This document shows, piece by piece, positions 50,227-60,160 of a DNA stretch of 64,000 bases. The stretch is from Escherichia phage AugustSocin. The position numbers were made by a program, and so were the translations under genes. Within the stretch, counting starts at the first letter, position 1, and every line of letters starts with the position of its first letter. Location: sequence record MZ501052; one strand, 5' to 3'. The notes under the pieces are model-generated. The model saw nothing but the letters and a program-made list of their open reading frames with translations. It searched no databases and was not told the DNA's origin.

Positions 50227-50395
50227 GGAGTTTAATTTCCTTAGCAACTGAACTAAATACAGCACGATCACAAACCATGCGTTTGTTCCATTTAATCACA
50301 GTATAATGAACATCTAGATCATCGACTGCTGTAACAATAACGATATGTCCGTTAACACGATAGTACTGGTCAATTTTAATCTCTTTATCAACCAT
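50219..50395 (-). CDS. hypothetical protein (58 aa)
   Basis: hand-translated MVDKEIKIDQYYRVNGH...; early promoter upstream. Confidence 0.35.
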   Translation of the reverse strand: MVDKEIKIDQYYRVNGHIVIVTAVDDLDVHYTVIKWNKRMVCDRAVFSSVAKEIKLHG

Positions 50396-50425
50396 ATCAA
50401 TTCCTCAAAGGTAATTCATATGTTA

Positions 50426-50455
50426 ATAATACCACGGTTTGAACCTGTTGTAAAC
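50426..50455 (-). promoter_or_regulatory. T4-type early promoter
   Basis: -10 TATTAT, 18-nt spacer, -35 GTTTAC. Confidence 0.5.
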
Positions 50456-50535
50456 AACTTTGTGAAAAATATTTCAGGGAATGATAAGAAAGGAACGATA
50501 GCTTAGAATGGTAATATACAGAATGTGAGAAAGAA

Positions 50536-50552
50536 AGGCCCAGAGGGCCCGT
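50536..50552 (-). other. GC hairpin downstream of the nrdH-like gene
   Basis: GGCCC-AGA-GGGCC. Confidence 0.35.
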
Positions 50553-50553
50553 C

Positions 50554-50877
50554 TTAATCTTCTATGATATCTCTATCATATCCAAGTGAAATGAGAGTTT
50601 CTTTGAAGTGTTTAATGTTCTTTTGTCTAGAATCATTAATGAAAATGACTGGATAACGAATGTTAAGAGATGTGAATCCAGCGCGTTTAGCAAGAGATAC
50701 AATCAGAGGACGATCATACTCAATCTTACCGTTATTTGTAAGAACTTTATAGAAAGTAAAAGGAGCATTGAGCTCCTTTAGAAGTTTTGTAACTGATTGA
50801 CATCCAGGACAACAACCTACTTCATCTGGAATTCCATAGACTTCAATCTTATTCTTTAAGTTCGAGTTTTGTTCCAC
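50554..50877 (-). CDS. nrdH: glutaredoxin-like protein (NrdH-like)
   Basis: thioredoxin-fold motif with CCPGC; probable GTG start; upstream part of the track ORF overlaps the neighbouring gene. Confidence 0.5.
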   Translation of the reverse strand: MEQNSNLKNKIEVYGIPDEVGCCPGCQSVTKLLKELNAPFTFYKVLTNNGKIEYDRPLIVSLAKRAGFTSLNIRYPVIFINDSRQKNIKHFKETLISLGYDRDIIED

Positions 50878-51160
50878 GAGAAATAATTCCTTGGTAAGCC
50901 CAATAAGGAGGATTAACAGAATCCTCACCAGAGTTTTCTTCAGGAAAATAAACCTGGATAACGAAGCCGGATTCATCAAAGGTAAAATAAACCGTAGGCA
51001 GTTCACCTAACAAATCGGCACGAGCGTTGATTTCTTCGAGGTCTTGTTCACGTCCAGCCCAGAAGCTTGGGTTCAGACTACATTCATAGAAATAATAGTC
51101 ATTACCGAACATATCAAAACCATTCCAACTCTCTACTACATACCGCTCAAAACTAATCAT
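50849..51160 (-). CDS. hypothetical protein (103 aa)
   Basis: ORF-track ORF. Confidence 0.45.
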   Translation of the reverse strand: MISFERYVVESWNGFDMFGNDYYFYECSLNPSFWAGREQDLEEINARADLLGELPTVYFTFDESGFVIQVYFPEENSGEDSVNPPYWAYQGIISRGTKLELKE

Positions 51161-51162
51161 AA

Positions 51163-51378
51163 TTAAGCCTTTTTATCAAGAACCGCATTCAGTTTGTTAG
51201 TAATTTTATCCAGACGCTCATTGAACTCACTAGAAGATAAGCCCTTTTCTGGAGAAATTAAACTAATCACGAAAAATACAACAATAAAAGGAATAAGGAA
51301 AATAGCTCCAACTGCCATAAACAGAAAGAATGTTACAGTTGTAAGAAAATCAGCTAAACCTTTACGAAATTTATACAT
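51163..51378 (-). CDS. hypothetical membrane protein (71 aa)
   Basis: ORF-track ORF with TM segment. Confidence 0.45.
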   Translation of the reverse strand: MYKFRKGLADFLTTVTFFLFMAVGAIFLIPFIVVFFVISLISPEKGLSSSEFNERLDKITNKLNAVLDKKA

Positions 51379-51493
51379 ATTTTACCCTTAATTGATTAAC
51401 CAAGCATTGATAAGCACTAAACTATATTGCGAATAAAATTCTGGACCAAAATGAAAAATCATATCATTTATAGTATCCATAATGTAATTCAAT

Positions 51494-51964
51494 TTAATCA
51501 TGTGTCCACACCCCATCGGTATTTGACCAAAGTCGCTGATTATCTGATCCTCGCCACAGCTTTTTAGTCGGAAGATTTTTCTCATACTTCCCATCAATAA
51601 TAACATCAACATATTTAAGCATTTCTAGTTGTTTAATATCTTCAAACTTATATCCTGTCCACAACCAAATGCTTTTATTGGGATAAAGATTTTTAATAGT
51701 TTGAACCACAGAGTGAATCACGTCTCTGTTATCAGGATAAAGAGGGTCACCTCCGGTTATAGTCAATCCTTCTATATAATCATTATTCAAACATTCAATT
51801 AATTGTTCTAGTGTTTCACCAGTGAATGGAACACCATTTCTAGCATTCCATGTTGATTTATTATAACACCCTTCGCATTTATGCAAACAACCTGTAACGA
51901 AAAGAACGACCCTGCATCCAGGGCCATTCACAAAATCACAGGGATAAAATCTATCGTAATTCAT
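51494..51964 (-). CDS. nrdG: anaerobic ribonucleotide reductase activating protein NrdG (radical SAM)
   Basis: 156-aa ORF; CxxxCxxC-type cluster (CLHKCEGCYN). Confidence 0.9.
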   Translation of the reverse strand: MNYDRFYPCDFVNGPGCRVVLFVTGCLHKCEGCYNKSTWNARNGVPFTGETLEQLIECLNNDYIEGLTITGGDPLYPDNRDVIHSVVQTIKNLYPNKSIWLWTGYKFEDIKQLEMLKYVDVIIDGKYEKNLPTKKLWRGSDNQRLWSNTDGVWTHD

Positions 51965-53778
51965 TGGTGTTTAACCCTATGCATGATTTCTTTATTTTTA
52001 CCGAGATTAAATCCGCGTTCGTTCGGATTTCCCAAATAACCACATGTTCTTCTTATTGTGTTCATCTTTTTAGGATCAGTTTCTCCACAAATAGAACAAA
52101 CAAATCCGTTTTCAGTAGGAGTCATTTCATGGGTACTTCCACATGTAAAACATTTATCTACTGGCATATTAACACCAAAATAATCTAAATGTTGTGCAGC
52201 ATAATCCCATACGGCCTCAAGACCCTTTAAGTTATTTTTCATATCAGGAAGTTCAACATAAGAAATGTGACCACCTGTCGCAATGAAATGATATGGCGCT
52301 TCACGAGAAATCTTTTCAAACGGAGTAATATTTTCTTCTACTGAAACGTGGAAACTGTTAGTGTACCAGCCTTTATCGGTAACATCTTTTACGCTTCCAT
52401 ATTTTTCTGTATCGAGTTTACAGAAGCGATAACACAGGTTTTCAGCAGGAGTAGAATACAAGCTAAAAGCAAAACCAGTTCTTTCAGTCCACTGTTTAAG
52501 ATGAGCATTCATTTTAGTTAAAATTTCTCGTCCAATATCACGACCGACAAGAATATTCAATTCGTGAATACCAATGTATCCTAAAGACACTGAACTTCTA
52601 CCGTTTTTAAATAACTCAATTATGTCGTCATCAGGTTTAAGACGAACCCCGAATGCACCTTCTTGGTAAAGAATAGGAGCAACAGTCGCTTTAACTCCTT
52701 TTAAGGAACTAATTCTACACATCAAAGCTTCAAAACATAAATCCATTCGTTCATTGAACAATTCGATAAATTTCTGTTCATTGAACTGTGTTCCAATATA
52801 AGAATCTAATGCGATACGAGGAAGATTCAGTGTTACAACACCGAGATTATTACGTCCATCAAGAATTTCATTACCGGTTGAATCTTTCCACGCACTTAAG
52901 AAACTACGGCAACCCATTGGAGAAACAGGAATAGATGAACCAGTGATAGCTTTATTGTTCTTAGCTGAAATAATGTCAGGATACATCCTTTTGCTTGCGC
53001 ACTCTAGAGCAAGCTGCTTAATATCATAGTTCGGATCGTCTTTATAAAGATTAACACCTTCTTCAACGAACATAACAAGCTTAGGGAAAATAGGAGTTAT
53101 TCCATCACGACCAAGACCTTTAATACGATTTTTCAGAATTGCTTTCTGAATCATTCGTTCAGTCCAGTCAGTTCCCGTACCAAATGTAATTGTTACAAAA
53201 GGAGTCTGTCCGTTTGAACTAAAGAGAGTATTTACTTCATATTCATAAGCTTGGAATGCATCGTATACATCTTTTTCTGTTTTAGATTGAGCATAATTCA
53301 ACGCATCAGCGATTTGCCATTTTTCTGCATCCTCAATATGTTTTGCATAGGTGCGTTTAACATAAGGAGAAAGTACTTTATCTACATTAGCAAAAGTCGT
53401 TCCGCCGTATTGATGGGAAGCAACCTGTGCAGTAATTTGTGCCATAATTGCAGTAGCAACACCGATTGATTTAGGAGTTTCAATCTGTGCATTACCAAGC
53501 TTAAATCCGTTCTCAAGCATTCCTTTTAAATCTACTAAACAACAATTAGTAAATGGAAGAGCAGGGGAATAATCAATATCGTGGAAATGAATAATTCCGC
53601 TTTCATGCGCTTTCATAATAAAAGACGGGACCATATTTTTGGCAATGTGTTTAGACACAATACCAGCCATAAGGTCCCGTTGAGTTGGAAAAACACGAGA
53701 ATCTTTATTAGCATTCTCGTTTAAAAGGTCTTTATTAGTTTTATGAATCAATCCTTCAATTTCTTTTTCAATTGTCAT
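51961..53778 (-). CDS. nrdD: anaerobic ribonucleoside-triphosphate reductase NrdD, intron-less
   Basis: 605-aa uninterrupted ORF; C-terminal glycyl-radical and Zn motifs (CFTCGS...CSICG, RRTCGYLG). Confidence 0.95.
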   Translation of the reverse strand: MTIEKEIEGLIHKTNKDLLNENANKDSRVFPTQRDLMAGIVSKHIAKNMVPSFIMKAHESGIIHFHDIDYSPALPFTNCCLVDLKGMLENGFKLGNAQIETPKSIGVATAIMAQITAQVASHQYGGTTFANVDKVLSPYVKRTYAKHIEDAEKWQIADALNYAQSKTEKDVYDAFQAYEYEVNTLFSSNGQTPFVTITFGTGTDWTERMIQKAILKNRIKGLGRDGITPIFPKLVMFVEEGVNLYKDDPNYDIKQLALECASKRMYPDIISAKNNKAITGSSIPVSPMGCRSFLSAWKDSTGNEILDGRNNLGVVTLNLPRIALDSYIGTQFNEQKFIELFNERMDLCFEALMCRISSLKGVKATVAPILYQEGAFGVRLKPDDDIIELFKNGRSSVSLGYIGIHELNILVGRDIGREILTKMNAHLKQWTERTGFAFSLYSTPAENLCYRFCKLDTEKYGSVKDVTDKGWYTNSFHVSVEENITPFEKISREAPYHFIATGGHISYVELPDMKNNLKGLEAVWDYAAQHLDYFGVNMPVDKCFTCGSTHEMTPTENGFVCSICGETDPKKMNTIRRTCGYLGNPNERGFNLGKNKEIMHRVKHQ

Positions 53779-54248
53779 TTTAAACTCTTTCTAAGCTGCT
53801 TCTTGAATGAAGCTATTAATTGTGTTTTGGTGTCAGATTCATTATATTCAAATCCTCTTTGAAGCATCTCGGCCATCATTTCCTCTTTTCCTAAACGAGA
53901 AAATTCCTTTGATTTATCTCCAACGAAGTTAGGGTGAATATTATTTTGGGTGTAATCGGATTTTAAATAAGTAAGTAAATTTTCTAACCATTCAAGATAA
54001 TCAACACCTTGTCCCTTTAAGCCAGAACGATTAAATTTATGCTTCATTTGACCTTCTGCGGCATTGCAGAGATTACAGAGCAATCCACGTACCTTTCCTG
54101 CTTTTGGTCCATTTAATTCATGGTCATGGTCGAGGTGATTAGCTTGAACGTCAGGATTTAGTTCTCGTTGGCAAATTAAGCATTTACCATTTTGTGCATC
54201 ATAAAATTTCTGTTTTTCTTCTTTATATAATTTGCCAGTCAATAACAT
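53775..54248 (-). CDS. 49: endonuclease VII gp49 (Holliday junction resolvase)
   Basis: 157-aa ORF; zinc motif CLIC...CNLC. Confidence 0.9.
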   Translation of the reverse strand: MLLTGKLYKEEKQKFYDAQNGKCLICQRELNPDVQANHLDHDHELNGPKAGKVRGLLCNLCNAAEGQMKHKFNRSGLKGQGVDYLEWLENLLTYLKSDYTQNNIHPNFVGDKSKEFSRLGKEEMMAEMLQRGFEYNESDTKTQLIASFKKQLRKSLK

Positions 54249-54290
54249 AATAAAACCCTTACCTTAAATAGATAAGGGTATTTATTATTT

Positions 54291-54776
54291 TCAAGTATTG
54301 TAAAACATTTGATTCAATCGCTTATATTGCCGAATCTTTTGGTCAGAAAAAGAAATTTGGGTTTCAAGCCATTCAATATATTCTGCCGCAGCTTGCATCA
54401 AATTTCCTTCATAGCCATCGTTATTTTCTTGTGCAGCTAATTTAGCTAATGCGTACGGAATACGTTCACCTTGAAAATCGGCTTTAGGCTTCTGAACAAC
54501 TTGATTAGTTCTCTCTACAACTTCCTCGATTTCACCATTTTCTACTGATTCAGTATTCCACAAGCACCAATACGCAGTTGGCTTATCGTAGATGTTAATA
54601 ATCTTTCCATCAGAAAGTTCAATTTCAATAATTCCAGTATCAGGTTCTATATCATCTTCACATTCTTTTACAAGTTCACGAACTTTAAAGACAGTACCTG
54701 CACTAAGTTCCGGCCAGTAATTACATAGCTCTTTATCAGCACGATTAATTCTAAACCACTTATCTACTGTAATCAT
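54291..54776 (-). CDS. pin: Pin (inhibitor of host Lon protease)
   Basis: 161 aa from ATG MITVDK with GGAG RBS; the track ORF uses an upstream TTG. Confidence 0.6.
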   Translation of the reverse strand: MITVDKWFRINRADKELCNYWPELSAGTVFKVRELVKECEDDIEPDTGIIEIELSDGKIINIYDKPTAYWCLWNTESVENGEIEEVVERTNQVVQKPKADFQGERIPYALAKLAAQENNDGYEGNLMQAAAEYIEWLETQISFSDQKIRQYKRLNQMFYNT

Positions 54777-55069
54777 GTCCCATCTCCATATCAATTAAGT
54801 CATTTATCGTTGGTTCATTATACATCGTTTCTTCATCAGTGTAAACCGGTTCTTCCGGCTCTGGCTCTACAGTTTCCCATCTAGCCGCCCACCAAGGTTT
54901 AACCCCGAAGCTTATTAAGTTCTTCATCATCAATCCAGGATTCTAGTCCTGTTGGCAGGTCACATTCAATTTCCCAAAGAAGTTCTTCAATTTTCTGAAG
55001 ACGATCTAGTTCTTCGGCTGGAATAGTAACCATTGACGGAGTTCGTGATACATTAATATCGTAAATCAT
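54760..55069 (-). other. two overlapping short ORFs (55 and 56 aa) that may be one gene split by a frameshift at a G4 run
   Basis: ORF A MIYDINVS...NKLRG stops at TAA; frame +1 continues VKPWWAARWETVEPEPEEP... to the pin start. Confidence 0.3.
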
Positions 55070-55071
55070 AT

Positions 55072-55287
55072 TTACCCCAATTTAGCCATACAATCGCCGT
55101 ATTTCCACTTAGAAATAGACTTTTCACCATTAGAATAATAAACTTCGAGTTTAGCACGATTATTTTTAATTTGAATAACCTTGGCTGTCATCAAAGTTCC
55201 ATACCCATAATAAACTGCAACTTCATCACCTACATATACCGCGCTTCCGCGGTAATCGTGAATATAGTCAGTTCCTTCGAGCATCAT
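55072..55287 (-). CDS. hypothetical protein (71 aa)
   Basis: ORF-track ORF; overlaps the nrdC stop. Confidence 0.45.
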   Translation of the reverse strand: MMLEGTDYIHDYRGSAVYVGDEVAVYYGYGTLMTAKVIQIKNNRAKLEVYYSNGEKSISKWKYGDCMAKLG

Positions 55288-55547
55288 TTAAAATATTCTC
55301 GCAGTTGGTCAAATCCACCAATATGACTTCCATCAGGAGCAAATACCTGGGGCATTGTCAAGCCGATTTGAGTATCACGACCTAGTTTAGTCAGAAGCTC
55401 AGCGATTTTCTCATCATCAAAAACACCTTTTTCCGGCATAATGTTGATAAATTCAAACGGCTGTTTCTTCACGGTCAAAAGACGTTTTGCATTATCACAA
55501 TACACACATTTATGAATGTTGCTATCATAACCATATACTTTAAACAT
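55284..55547 (-). CDS. nrdC: thioredoxin/glutaredoxin NrdC
   Basis: 87-aa ORF with CVYC active-site motif. Confidence 0.85.
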   Translation of the reverse strand: MFKVYGYDSNIHKCVYCDNAKRLLTVKKQPFEFINIMPEKGVFDDEKIAELLTKLGRDTQIGLTMPQVFAPDGSHIGGFDQLREYFK

Positions 55548-55548
55548 A

Positions 55549-55791
55549 TTATTCCTTAATTCCTAGTACTTGTTTAAAAGTCTCGTCGTAATCAAGACTT
55601 TGGCCCGTTTGTTCTTTATGTTTGTATATAATATCACTTACTTCTGATAGCATATTTTTATATGAACGAGTTAAAGCAGATTTAAGCACGCTGTATCTAT
55701 CAGGAAATTTACCGTGTTCATTATAATAAGCTATTGCTAATTCACGGACTGCCTTTTCAGCAGTCTCCATATATTCTTTACGCTTGGTCAT
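55549..55791 (-). CDS. hypothetical protein (80 aa)
   Basis: ORF-track ORF. Confidence 0.45.
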
Positions 55792-55793
55792 TT

Positions 55794-56183
55794 TTAATCC
55801 AAAATATTATTAGGCATTGGTTGAACACTCACAAGTTCTTTAAAGAACTCAGTAGAGTCAGGCAATTTAACCATTTCCGGAGCATGCTTACTGAATTTAT
55901 GTTTACATTGACGGCATTTATATTCAAGCTCTGGTTTACGCCAGTTAATCAATTGAACTTGTTCAGTACCGCATTCAGGGCAATTAGGAACGTTTTTAGA
56001 AGCTCTTTCACGTCGTTCAACCATAGCCATAATAGCATCCCATGCTGGAGGTTTAAAATCTAAATCGTCGCAACCGTGAATCTTTCCACGCATTTCCATA
56101 TCATCTTCCTCACCAGCCATAATAATTTTAATTAGACTAGAATTACTTGAAGCTGCAATGTCTTCTAATAAACACTTTTTCAT
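55794..56183 (-). CDS. hypothetical protein (129 aa) with C-terminal zinc-ribbon-like CPECG...CRQC
   Basis: ORF-track ORF. Confidence 0.5.
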
Positions 56184-57106
56184 TTCAGTACCTCAATAGC
56201 ATCACGTAAACCATTTGCTTTGGCGGTTAAAGCCTTAAGAACTTTAGTATGCTCTTCAATTTGTTTTTCAACTTCAATCAAACGAGCATTGAGATATTCG
56301 CGTTCTTCTTTCATAGTATCATTTCCATGATTGGATTTTGGTGTAGGTTTAAATTCACTAGGGTCCTTTAATTTAATAACAAATTTAGTTTCAAACAGTG
56401 AAAGACCATAATTCGTATTATCATCAAAGGATTTGACTACATCCATATCAGATAATAACACGCGCAAATTATAAGCCAAAGAACTAATAGTTTCATTGTG
56501 TTTATTAGCTTCGAGTGGTTTCATATACGGAAGATTTTTATATATCTCATGCGGAGCGCAAACGATAATTGACAATTCAAATTGTCCATTCTGGGACGAT
56601 GGAATGAATTTAGCCGTAACCCAGTCTTTTACATTCACATTAATAGTACGGTTATCACCATGACAAAACAGTCTACGAGAATGCTTAAAAAGCATATTCA
56701 CGTTATTATTGAATTCGTGTGAAAATTCACTAGCAAATTTTTCTTTACTATCTTTAGAAAACCATTCTTCTAAATAAGTTCTTTTCACGTCATTAATAAT
56801 ATTAAATGTAACAACACTAGCATTTGATACATTAGTCTTAATGTAGCTTGGATACATAAATTTTTTAACATTATTAACAGCTATCACAGAAGATAGTAAT
56901 CGGGAACGTTTGAACCACTCGAGCAAAGAACCAAGAGAATGTGAATACGCATTTTGTGTATCTTTACAAATATGGTTTTCCCATCCAATATAGTCTAAAA
57001 AATCACGAAGAATATTATTGATTACTGCTCTGTGTCCAATCTGATAATTACGATGTTTAGTAATAAGACTGTCAAAATAATCAATATAATGTTTACGAGT
57101 TTTCAT
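56180..57106 (-). CDS. hypothetical protein (308 aa) with C-terminal coiled coil
   Basis: ORF-track ORF; member of a tandem family. Confidence 0.55.
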   Translation of the reverse strand: MKTRKHYIDYFDSLITKHRNYQIGHRAVINNILRDFLDYIGWENHICKDTQNAYSHSLGSLLEWFKRSRLLSSVIAVNNVKKFMYPSYIKTNVSNASVVTFNIINDVKRTYLEEWFSKDSKEKFASEFSHEFNNNVNMLFKHSRRLFCHGDNRTINVNVKDWVTAKFIPSSQNGQFELSIIVCAPHEIYKNLPYMKPLEANKHNETISSLAYNLRVLLSDMDVVKSFDDNTNYGLSLFETKFVIKLKDPSEFKPTPKSNHGNDTMKEEREYLNARLIEVEKQIEEHTKVLKALTAKANGLRDAIEVLK

Positions 57107-57158
57107 GTTCTTCTCACTTGGTTAATGATTTATACTCCGAGCCATCCTTGGCTTTAAA

Positions 57159-58160
57159 TTACTTAATTAACTGTAAAGCTTGTTCCAGACGATCAAGACG
57201 ATTAACAGATTCTTCCCAAATCCTTTTAGCCTGCTCATATTCTTTCTGCGCTTTATTAGAAATTTCTAGAACTTCTTTATAAGCTTTTTCTAGTGCAATA
57301 ACTTCTGGACGAATTTCTACCGGTTCAGGTGAATCATCAAGATTATCCATTAGTTCCTCAAGGGTAGTTTCTTCTTTAGGAGTATTCACAATTTCATCAC
57401 ATTTTTGTTGATAAATTTCTTTATCAGTAGGTGAGTACGCGCACTTTACTTCACGAAGACTAATTACAATTTTATATCCTTCCCAACCACCCATATTTTT
57501 GAAAGGATATGTATGAATACTTTTTACAGTTTCCATACAATCCAAAGCCGTCTCTAATTGATGAGTTATAGTGCTAGCAATTGAGAAAAATTTATTAATA
57601 TTCTTTTGGTTAGCTTCTGGTGTAAAAAATTCATAATTCACAAAAATAGCTGCTTTATTTTTATCGAGTTCATATTCTTTTATGATAATCATATCAGAAG
57701 CCAAAGGATGAATTTGACGATAATCGCCATAACATAATTTAGAAGCTGATTTTAGAATTTGCTTTTTGAAAAGTCTGAAATTACTAATCCAACGACGAGT
57801 AAAAATATTCTTAGGGTCTTCTTTGATATTAAGATGATAAGAATTAACATCACCGAACCAATTGTATCCTATTACACCTTTAGTTCGTTTAATTTCTTTC
57901 CCAAAATTACCAAGAATATCCCGATTAACCAAATATGAAAGAAGACGAGACCCTTTAAAGATTATCTTAATATCATCTTTATCTACACGGCTAGAAATTT
58001 CACGAACTTCATGAATAAATTTACTGGAAGAAACAATACTTGCATCAATACTGCTGAGCCATTGATTGATAATAGAAAGAACAGCGTTCTGACTAGACAT
58101 GGGTTTAACTTTATCATCAATAACGCTATTGAATGATTTGATATATTCGTTACGAGTCAT
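57159..58160 (-). CDS. hypothetical protein (about 333 aa) with C-terminal coiled coil
   Basis: internal ATG MTRNEY downstream of an early promoter; the track ORF starts at TTG inside the promoter. Confidence 0.55.
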   Translation of the reverse strand: MTRNEYIKSFNSVIDDKVKPMSSQNAVLSIINQWLSSIDASIVSSSKFIHEVREISSRVDKDDIKIIFKGSRLLSYLVNRDILGNFGKEIKRTKGVIGYNWFGDVNSYHLNIKEDPKNIFTRRWISNFRLFKKQILKSASKLCYGDYRQIHPLASDMIIIKEYELDKNKAAIFVNYEFFTPEANQKNINKFFSIASTITHQLETALDCMETVKSIHTYPFKNMGGWEGYKIVISLREVKCAYSPTDKEIYQQKCDEIVNTPKEETTLEELMDNLDDSPEPVEIRPEVIALEKAYKEVLEISNKAQKEYEQAKRIWEESVNRLDRLEQALQLIK

Positions 58161-58189
58161 AATAATCTCCTCAGTAGAAAGTAAGAACA

Positions 58190-58219
58190 TTATACCACAT
58201 CCTTGTGGCAATGTAAACT
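58190..58219 (-). promoter_or_regulatory. T4-type early promoter
   Basis: -10 TATAAT, 18-nt spacer, -35 GTTTAC. Confidence 0.5.
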
Positions 58220-59243
58220 AGTTCAGTGCATTTAGTGCATTGTTCAGTTTAGAACGTTGCTTCGTAAGATTTTTGACTTTTTCTTGAGCTTTTTCCAACA
58301 TCTTTTCAGCTTCTAGCACTTCATTAGTTGCTTTAACGAGTTCATCATCTACTGCCTTAAGGGACTTCTCAATCGCATCTGCATGCCATTTTTCAACAGG
58401 TTTAAGACTCGGATTTTCAATAGGAAGAAAATTCACTTTATTAAATTTCCATGCATCTTTATTACCTGAACTATACATCCAAAATTTAGGATCGTTTGAT
58501 AAGTAATTGGATAAATTTAAATTTAAGTTATCTTGTACTTCCTGCTTTTTCTCTTGCGGGACTTCGTCCTTTCTCAAAAAATCATATTTAAATGAAACAA
58601 CCATATCAAGTTCATATGTTGTTGTGTCTAATTTAAATCGTTCAAAACGAGGTAAAATCTTAGATTGAACAGCAGCAACAACATCCATATACTTAAATGC
58701 TTCTGTCAACTGTGATTTAAGGCATTCACAAATTGAAAGAGAATTTTTAGTATTAGGCTTAAAGCTAATTCGTGCAGTTCTATTATTTTCCTTTAATGGT
58801 CTTACTTCCATCTGAAGAGTATAACCATCAAATTTAAGATTCTTTAAGTTAATATCAGAACCTTTTAATCGACTAGCAGTAGACAAAATTTGCTTTAATT
58901 GTCTACGGAATAGAGCAATAAATCTCCATTCAATACGATAATGATTTGGATTGAAAAATCCAGATGATAAATCGACCTTACTTTGACCAACGCCTTGAAC
59001 AAATAGAGGATTTTTATAATCAATAGTTTTACAGAAATCGGTGAGTTGCTCACGAGCAGTCATTTGTGTAATATACCCAGCTTTACTAAAATGACGTAAC
59101 CATTCACTGCTATTCATATATTTAAAGTGAATATCACGATTAACTTTATCAGGGTCTAAATTATTTTGGCACAAAAATGTCATAACATCACGAGTATAGC
59201 TGGCATTACGAACCATATCTTCAATTTGAGAACGAGTTTTCAT
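58218..59243 (-). CDS. hypothetical protein (341 aa) with C-terminal coiled coil
   Basis: ORF-track ORF. Confidence 0.55.
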   Translation of the reverse strand: MKTRSQIEDMVRNASYTRDVMTFLCQNNLDPDKVNRDIHFKYMNSSEWLRHFSKAGYITQMTAREQLTDFCKTIDYKNPLFVQGVGQSKVDLSSGFFNPNHYRIEWRFIALFRRQLKQILSTASRLKGSDINLKNLKFDGYTLQMEVRPLKENNRTARISFKPNTKNSLSICECLKSQLTEAFKYMDVVAAVQSKILPRFERFKLDTTTYELDMVVSFKYDFLRKDEVPQEKKQEVQDNLNLNLSNYLSNDPKFWMYSSGNKDAWKFNKVNFLPIENPSLKPVEKWHADAIEKSLKAVDDELVKATNEVLEAEKMLEKAQEKVKNLTKQRSKLNNALNALN

Positions 59244-59251
59244 GGTGTTCC

Positions 59252-60160
59252 TTAAGATTTAAGTAAATCAACAATTTTAATTAATTTTTCACGCTCAGAT
59301 TTAGCTTTACTACTCAATCCAGATAGTCTGAAAATTTCATCGTCATACTGTTGAATAGAAATATTCAGCTCTTCAATTTGCTTATTAAAATAATCAATTT
59401 GTTCAGAATGTTTTTCGTTACTACGAACTGGTACAGGTTTTGTAGGTAATTTAGATGAACTGGATTCATCCGGGCGATAAATTAAAATACAACTTGAACC
59501 AATCGGGCATTTTGCACCAGACGAATATTCTAATGTTCCGGCTTCTTTTAAAACTTCAAAAGCTAAACAGAGATGATGCCCCATATTAACATAATCTGTA
59601 GAGCGAGCTCTGATATAATAATCATCGCCGCGAATACTAAATTTAAAGCATTTAAGGTCTTCTGTATTATTGGTCTTAAAAATCATTTGTTTATCTAGAC
59701 CTTTAGCTAATCGAGCGCCTAATGCTAATAATCGTCGTTGATTTTCCCACAAATCTGCGATCATTTGGTCAAATGATAATTTCGGCATTAGTCGACCGTA
59801 AAGATCATAGCCTTTATTATAATTGCGAAGAATTTCACTTGCATTAATACGAGACAATGCTCCAATTTTATTAAGGGCTTTCATGATGCGATTAGATAAA
59901 CCCATTCCAGACCCATTTGTTCGCTGTAAATGTTTTTCTAATCCAAATCCAATATCAACTTTAAACTTATCTAAAATTTCTGCATGAACATCTCTGTCAA
60001 TAACATTTAAATTTAGTACTGGGTTAAATCTATGAAAAAATTTATCTGGCTCTCCACGACGAAGTACAGTCCATTCATTCAATTTTTTATTAACTAAAGA
60101 TTTAATTACTGCATTGACATTATTAATTACGACTGACATATTTTCCTCACTCAATTTCAA
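59252..60160 (-). CDS. hypothetical protein (302 aa) with C-terminal coiled coil
   Basis: ORF-track ORF. Confidence 0.55.
   Translation of the reverse strand: MKLSEENMSVVINNVNAVIKSLVNKKLNEWTVLRRGEPDKFFHRFNPVLNLNVIDRDVHAEILDKFKVDIGFGLEKHLQRTNGSGMGLSNRIMKALNKIGALSRINASEILRNYNKGYDLYGRLMPKLSFDQMIADLWENQRRLLALGARLAKGLDKQMIFKTNNTEDLKCFKFSIRGDDYYIRARSTDYVNMGHHLCLAFEVLKEAGTLEYSSGAKCPIGSSCILIYRPDESSSSKLPTKPVPVRSNEKHSEQIDYFNKQIEELNISIQQYDDEIFRLSGLSSKAKSEREKLIKIVDLLKS

Noticed and set aside
51388-51612. 74-aa ORF overlapping the nrdG 3' end by about 120 nt
   Set aside because: Probably an alternative-frame artefact; no independent RBS identified.
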